NCBI GenBank assembly: GCA_965221125.1
Contig: CBDCRW010000007.1
Location: 96,001-160,000, forward strand
DNA length: 64,000 nt
Source of the DNA: Alphaproteobacteria bacterium
GTDB taxonomy: Bacteria; Pseudomonadota; Alphaproteobacteria; UBA828
Reading direction: 5' to 3'
The translations under genes and the position numbers were made by a program. Under the pieces are notes generated by a model. The model saw only the letters and a program-made list of their open reading frames with translations. It was not told the origin of the DNA and made no database searches. Below are positions 57,597-64,000 of this stretch, one piece after another. Each line of letters begins with the position of its first letter. Within the stretch, counting starts at the first letter, position 1.

Positions 57597-59243
57597 ATGC
57601 AGCAGAGCCGCAGGAAGGACGTCGAGGAGACGTGTGAGACCGGAGTCGAGATCGCCGGTCCCGCCGTCCCCGGCCGCGACGAGATCCTGAGCGCGGAGGC
57701 CGCGGCCTTCGTCGCCACGCTGGAGCGCCGCTTCGGCGACGAGCGGCGGCGTCTGCTCGAGGCCCGTGCCGATTTCCAGGCGCGCATCGACGCCGGTGAG
57801 AACCCGGCCTTCCGGCCCGAGACCAGGGCGATCCGGGAGAGCGACTGGACCGTCGCGGGCACGCCGGCGGACCTCGCCGACCGGCGGGTGGAGATCACCG
57901 GCCCGGTCGATCGCAAGATGATCATCAACGCGCTCAACTGCGGCGCGTCCTGCTTCATGGCCGACTTCGAGGACTCGGCATCGCCGACCTTCGAGGTGAT
58001 GATCGCGGGCCAGGTCAACCTGCGCGACGCGGCGCGGCGCACCATCTCGCTCAGCGACCCCAACACCGGCAAGTCGTATGCGCTGGCCGACGAGACTGCG
58101 ACCCTCATCGTCCGCCCGCGCGGCTGGCATCTTGAGGAGGCGCACCTCCTCGTCGATGGCCGGCCGGTCTCCGCGAGCCTCTTCGACTTCGGCCTCTTCT
58201 TCTTCCACAACGCGGCGGAGCTGCGCGCGCGCGGCACCGGCCCCTACTTCTACCTGCCCAAGCTGGAGCACTACGAAGAGGCGGCGCTCTGGAACGCCGT
58301 GTTCGTCGCGGCCCAGGAGGAGCTCGGCCTCCCCGTGGGCACGATCAAGGCGACGGTGCTGATCGAGACCATCACGGCCGCGTTCGAGATGGACGAGATC
58401 CTGCACGCGCTCAAGGACCACATCGTCGGCCTCAACTGCGGGCGCTGGGACTACATCTTCAGCGTCATCAAGACCTTCCGGAACCGCGCCGACTGCGTGC
58501 TGCCCGACCGCGGCCTCGTCACCATGACGCAGCCCTTCATGCGCGCCTACAGCCGGCTCCTCATCAAGACCTGCCACCGGCGGGGCGCCCACGCCATGGG
58601 CGGCATGGCGGCGCAGATCCCCATCAAGGGCGACGACGCGGCCAACGCGGAGGCATTCGGCAAGGTCCGTGCGGACAAGGAGCGCGAGGCCGGCGACGGC
58701 CATGACGGCACCTGGGTCGCCCATCCGGGGCTCGTGCCGATCGCCCGCGAAGTCTTCGACCGGCTGATGCCCGAGGCCAACCAGGTCCCGTTGCAGCTCG
58801 GCAACGTGACCGTGACCGAGGCGGACCTCGTCGCCATGCCGGAAGGCGCGATCACCGAAGAGGGGCTGCGCAACAACATCCGCGTCGGCATCCAGTACAT
58901 CGAGGCGTGGCTCGCGGGCCGCGGCGCCGTGCCGCTCTACAACCTGATGGAGGACGCGGCCACCGCCGAGATCAGCCGCGCTCAGATCTGGCAGTGGATG
59001 CGTCACGGCGCGAGCCTTGCGGACGGGCGCGCGATCGACCGGGCGCTGGTCGACCGGCTGCTTGCCGAGGAGATCGCAGCTCTCAGGGAGGCGCTCGGCG
59101 AGGCCCGCTTCGACGGCGGGCACTTCGAGGATGCGGTCGCCCTCTTCACCGAAGTCGCGACCGCCGACGACTTCCCCACTTTCCTGACGTTGCCGGCGTA
59201 TCACGTGTTGAACGCCATTCATGACGGCGAGACCGCCGATTGA
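57597..59243 (+). CDS. aceB: Malate synthase A
   Basis: [49 protein letters not shown] motifs. Confidence 0.97.
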   Translation: MQQSRRKDVEETCETGVEIAGPAVPGRDEILSAEAAAFVATLERRFGDERRRLLEARADFQARIDAGENPAFRPETRAIRESDWTVAGTPADLADRRVEITGPVDRKMIINALNCGASCFMADFEDSASPTFEVMIAGQVNLRDAARRTISLSDPNTGKSYALADETATLIVRPRGWHLEEAHLLVDGRPVSASLFDFGLFFFHNAAELRARGTGPYFYLPKLEHYEEAALWNAVFVAAQEELGLPVGTIKATVLIETITAAFEMDEILHALKDHIVGLNCGRWDYIFSVIKTFRNRADCVLPDRGLVTMTQPFMRAYSRLLIKTCHRRGAHAMGGMAAQIPIKGDDAANAEAFGKVRADKEREAGDGHDGTWVAHPGLVPIAREVFDRLMPEANQVPLQLGNVTVTEADLVAMPEGAITEEGLRNNIRVGIQYIEAWLAGRGAVPLYNLMEDAATAEISRAQIWQWMRHGASLADGRAIDRALVDRLLAEEIAALREALGEARFDGGHFEDAVALFTEVATADDFPTFLTLPAYHVLNAIHDGETAD

Positions 59244-59253
59244 GGAGGATGAC

Positions 59254-60555
<1,302 letters not shown>

Positions 60556-60626
60556 ACCGCCGGTGCCAGGGCCTTCCCGCCTGCAGCGGGGACGCCCTGG
60601 CCCTTTTTCGCTCGCGGTAACAGGCC

Positions 60627-62348
60627 CTATACCGCTGGCCCGGCCTGCGGACCCCGCAGCAGGCGGCCGGGGAGCGCGCCGGTCGCCTCGCCGTCGCGAT
60701 AGACCGGGGCGCCGGAGACCACCGTCGCCACGTAGCCCTCGGCCCGCTGGATCAGGCGCCGCCCGCCGCCCGGCAGGTCGTAGACCGGCTCCGGGCAGTG
60801 CAGCGTGAGCCTGTCGTAGTCGATCACGTTGAGGTCGGCCTTGTAGCCGGACCGGAGCAGCCCGCGGTCTTCGAGGCCGAGGGCCAACGCGTTGTCGCGC
60901 GTCATGCGCCTGACCGCCCAGGGCAGCGACATCGGCTCGCCCTTGGCCCGGTCGCGCACCCAGTGGCTCAGCATGTAGGTGAACGCGCTCGCGTCGCACA
61001 GCATGCCCACGTGGGCGCCGCCGTCGCCGAGGCTCACCAGCGTGTGCGGGTGGCGCAGCATCTCGCCCACCGCGTCGAGCGAGCCCTCCGTGTAGTTGCT
61101 GACCGGGCGGTAGAGCATCGCCTTGCCGTCTCGCTCCAGCAGGTAGTCGTAAGCGACGTCCTCCGGCGCTCGCCCCTCGCGGGCGGCGATGGCGGCGACG
61201 CTCTGCTCGGCAGCGGGCTCGTAGTCGGGCGGCGTGCCGAGCGGGTAGAGGCGGTCCCAGCGACAAACGCGCTTGGCGACGAACGCGTCCGCGCATTCCT
61301 CGGTGAAGAGGCGGGCGCGGAACTCGGGCTGCCGCAGAATCTCCAGCTTCTTCTCCAGCGGCAGATGGGCGATTCCCTCCCAGCTCGGCCGGCCGGAGAA
61401 CGGGTTGATCGAAATCTCGAAGCCGAGCAGGACGCCGGTGGCGCGCGTCAGCGTCTGGCCGATCATCGGCAGGCCCGCGTGGTTGGCGTCCGCGATATGG
61501 CCGAGGATGCGCCGCCAGCCGTCCGGCGCGCGGTCGTTCTGCAGGATGGTGATGGCCATCGGCCGGCCGCTGCGCTCGACCACGCGGCGCAGCATGGCGA
61601 ACTCCTCGTCGAGATCGTGGAAGTCGGAGATCACCTGCAGCCAGCCCGAGCCGACCGTGCCCATGGCGGACGCGATCGCGGTTAGCTCGTCCTCGGCCGC
61701 GGTCAGCGTCGGGATCGGGCGGCCGTCCAGCGTCTTGTGGTTGAGCGTGCGCGAGGTCGAAAAGCCCAAAGCGCCGGCACGCACGCCTGCCGCCGCAAGC
61801 TGCGCCATGGCAGCGTTATCCTCGGGCGTCGCGGGCTCGCGCTCGACGCCGCGCCGGCCCATGACGAAGACGCGGACCGGCGAATGCGGCACCTGCGCCG
61901 CGATGTCGAGGTCGTAGGGCCTGGCGTCGAGCGCATCCATGAACTGCTCGAAGCTCTGCTAGGTCCACGGCAGCCCTTCGTCCAGCACCGCGCCGGGGAT
62001 GTCCTCGACGCCCTCCATGAACTCCACCAGCGTCTCGCGCTGGTCGGGCCGGCAGGGCGCGAAGCCGACGCCGCAATTGCCGATCATCGCGGTGGTGACG
62101 CCGTTCCAGGACGACGGCGTGATCCGGCTGCTCCAGGTGGCCTGCGCGTCGTAGTGCGTGTGCGGGTCGATGAAGCCCGGCGTCACGATCTTGCCGCGCG
62201 CATCGATCTCCTCGTCGCCGGGGCCGAGACCGGGCTCCACCGCCGCCACCAAGCCGCCCGCGATCGCGACATCCGCCTCGCGGGGCTCGCCGCCCGAGCC
62301 GTCCACGACGGTGCCGCCGCGAATCACCAGCGCGTAAGGCCTGCTCAT
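60627..62348 (-). pseudogene. N-acyl-D-amino-acid deacylase family amidohydrolase interrupted by an in-frame TAG (61959-61961)
   Basis: [27 protein letters not shown] in the first part; same frame continues GLPWT*QSFEQFMDAL to DGGAHV and G.KAD.N.ID. Confidence 0.85.
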
Positions 62349-62489
62349 CGTCGCCCCCTTGGCTCACCCGGAGAGCGGTCCATTAGAAGGAAATCGCGCG
62401 TGGCCGCAAGGGCGGAGTGCGCCGGTTGCATGCCCGGCCGGGCGCGCGCGACACTCGGCCCGCAACATGGAAGGAACGGGAGGCCCCCC

Positions 62490-63677
62490 ATGCTCACCAG
62501 CGACGACCGCATGCTCACCACCCACGCGGGCAGCCTGCCCCGGCCGCCGGAACTCGAAGCGCTGCTCATCGAGCGCGAGCGCGGCGAGGCCTTCGACCAA
62601 GCGGCCTTCGAACAGGCGGTCGCCGACGGCATCGACTGGGTCGTCGCCAAGCAGCTCGAAAGCGGCGTCGATATCGGCTGCGACGGCGAGGAATCGCGTG
62701 TGGGGTTCCAGACCTACGTGCCGCAGCGCATGTCCGGCTTCGGCGGCGAATCCCAGCGCAACATGCTCACCGACATGGTCAAGTTCCCTGGTTACGCGGC
62801 GATGTTCACCGAGCGCACCTGGAGCCGGGACAAGGAACGGCCGAAGGTCTGGAACGCGCCGCAGGCCCAGACCGCGGTCCAGTACGAACCCGACCTCGGC
62901 GACGTGAGCTTCGAGCTTGCGCAGTTCGCGGCGTCGCTGGAGCGCTCGGAAGGTGCCTTCGCCGAGACGTTCATGACCGCCGCCTCGCCCGGCATCGTGT
63001 CCACCACCATGCTGCGCGCCGACGACAATCCCGACTATCCGCGCGACGAGGATTACGTCATGGCGCTCGGGCACGAGCTCAAGAAGGAATACGACGCGAT
63101 CGTCGCCGCGGGGCATCTGCTGCAGATCGACGCCCCCGACCTCGCCATGGAGCGCCAGTTCATGTTCCAAGACCGCCCGCTCGACGAGTTCCTGGAGCGC
63201 GTCGCCCTGCACATCAGGGCGCTCAACGTGGCCGTCGCCGACATCCCGGCGGAGAAGTCCCGCCTCCACGTCTGCTTCGGCAATTGGGACGGGCCCCATA
63301 TCGACGACTGCGACCTCGCGCCCCTCCTGCCGCTGATCTACGAGGCCAAGGTCGGCGCACTCAGCATCGCCTGCGCCAACCCGCGCCATCAGCACGAGTG
63401 GAAGGCGATCAAGGCGAACCCGCCGCCCGCACCCATGATCCTGATCCCCGGCGTGATCGACGTGACCACCAACTATCTGGAGCACCCGGAAGTGGTGGCC
63501 GACCGCATCTGCCTCTATGCGGAGGTGATGGGGGACGCGCGGCGCGTGATCGCCGGAACGGACTGCGGCTTCAGCACCTTCGCGAGCTACCAGTTCGTGG
63601 CCGACGACGTGGTCTGGGCGAAGCTCCGCATGCTGGCGGACGGCGCCCGGCTCGCCACCCGGCGGCTCTGGGGGTAG
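62490..63677 (+). CDS. Cobalamin-independent methionine synthase II-like (MetE C-terminal domain family) protein
   Basis: TTHAGSLPRP, DGE, QIDAPDLA, HVCFGN and DCGF motifs. Confidence 0.88.
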   Translation: MLTSDDRMLTTHAGSLPRPPELEALLIERERGEAFDQAAFEQAVADGIDWVVAKQLESGVDIGCDGEESRVGFQTYVPQRMSGFGGESQRNMLTDMVKFPGYAAMFTERTWSRDKERPKVWNAPQAQTAVQYEPDLGDVSFELAQFAASLERSEGAFAETFMTAASPGIVSTTMLRADDNPDYPRDEDYVMALGHELKKEYDAIVAAGHLLQIDAPDLAMERQFMFQDRPLDEFLERVALHIRALNVAVADIPAEKSRLHVCFGNWDGPHIDDCDLAPLLPLIYEAKVGALSIACANPRHQHEWKAIKANPPPAPMILIPGVIDVTTNYLEHPEVVADRICLYAEVMGDARRVIAGTDCGFSTFASYQFVADDVVWAKLRMLADGARLATRRLWG

Positions 63678-63696
63678 CCCGCACTTCTCACCAAGG
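63674..63696 (+). repeat. Dispersed 23-bp repeat, copy 3 (GTAGCCCGCACTTCTCACCAAGG)
   Basis: Match to copies 1 and 2; overlaps the TAG stop and is followed by a partial inverted copy (TGGTGAGGCGGG). Confidence 0.7.
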
Positions 63697-63755
63697 TCTG
63701 GTGAGGCGGGAGCGGGGCGGCCGAGAGCCCGGCGAGAGACCCGCGCCGCCCGGTT

Positions 63756-64000
63756 TCAATCGTTGAGGATCAGGTCGGAGCCCTTCTCGCCGACCATGAT
63801 GCTCGGCGCGTTGGTGTTGGCGCTCGGCACGATCGGCATGATCGAGGCATCGACCACGCGGAGCCCGCCCACGCCGCGCACCCGGAGCTCCGGGTCGACC
63901 ACCGCCTTCTCGTCGATCCCCATGGTGCAGGTGCCGACGGGATGATAGGCCGGCAGCGTGTACTGGCGGACGTAGGCCTCGAGCTCCTCGTCGCTCCGCA
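63756..64000 (-). CDS. GMC oxidoreductase (choline dehydrogenase-like), C-terminal part
   Basis: YHPVGTC.MG...[23 protein letters not shown]....[12 protein letters not shown]. Confidence 0.92.
   Translation of the reverse strand, partial: RSDEELEAYVRQYTLPAYHPVGTCTMGIDEKAVVDPELRVRGVGGLRVVDASIMPIVPSANTNAPSIMVGEKGSDLILND

Noticed and set aside
61959-61961. Pyrrolysine recoding as a firm call
   Set aside because: The position corresponds to a typical Trp, the enzyme is not a methylamine methyltransferase, and no pyl genes are in the window
62349-62489. Cobalamin or SAM riboswitch ahead of the MetE-like gene
   Set aside because: No B12 box or SAM consensus recognisable; short divergent spacer

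Overview
GC-rich bacterial chromosomal segment, probably alphaproteobacterial (inferred from gene content and repeat types). Bases 1-12416 are one end of an integrative conjugative element inserted at the 3' end of tRNA-Ser(CGA). It encodes a Dot/Icm/IncI-type (type IVB) secretion module (icmE, icmC, icmD, icmB, ssb, traW/icmX-like, dotA), a VirD4/TraG-type coupling protein and an AlpA-like excisionase. The rest is mostly catabolic: hydroquinone dioxygenase, two hydantoinase/oxoprolinase clusters (one with a peptide ABC transporter, an atypical proline iminopeptidase, aconitase X and an M19 dipeptidase), an amidase, a Rieske oxygenase and the RamB-aceB-aceA glyoxylate shunt. parE is the main housekeeping gene. 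An AT-richer insert carries a stand-alone 524-aa UG/Abi (DRT-like) reverse transcriptase, with a perfect 16-bp palindrome and about 12 copies of a 10-bp tandem repeat upstream. Also seen: a 23-bp dispersed repeat in three convergent intergenic regions, a cluster of gene fragments (metH, a GIY-YIG-like gene, recD2), and an amidohydrolase interrupted by one in-frame TAG. No CRISPR array or rRNA was seen. All family calls come from motif recognition by eye; no database searches were run.
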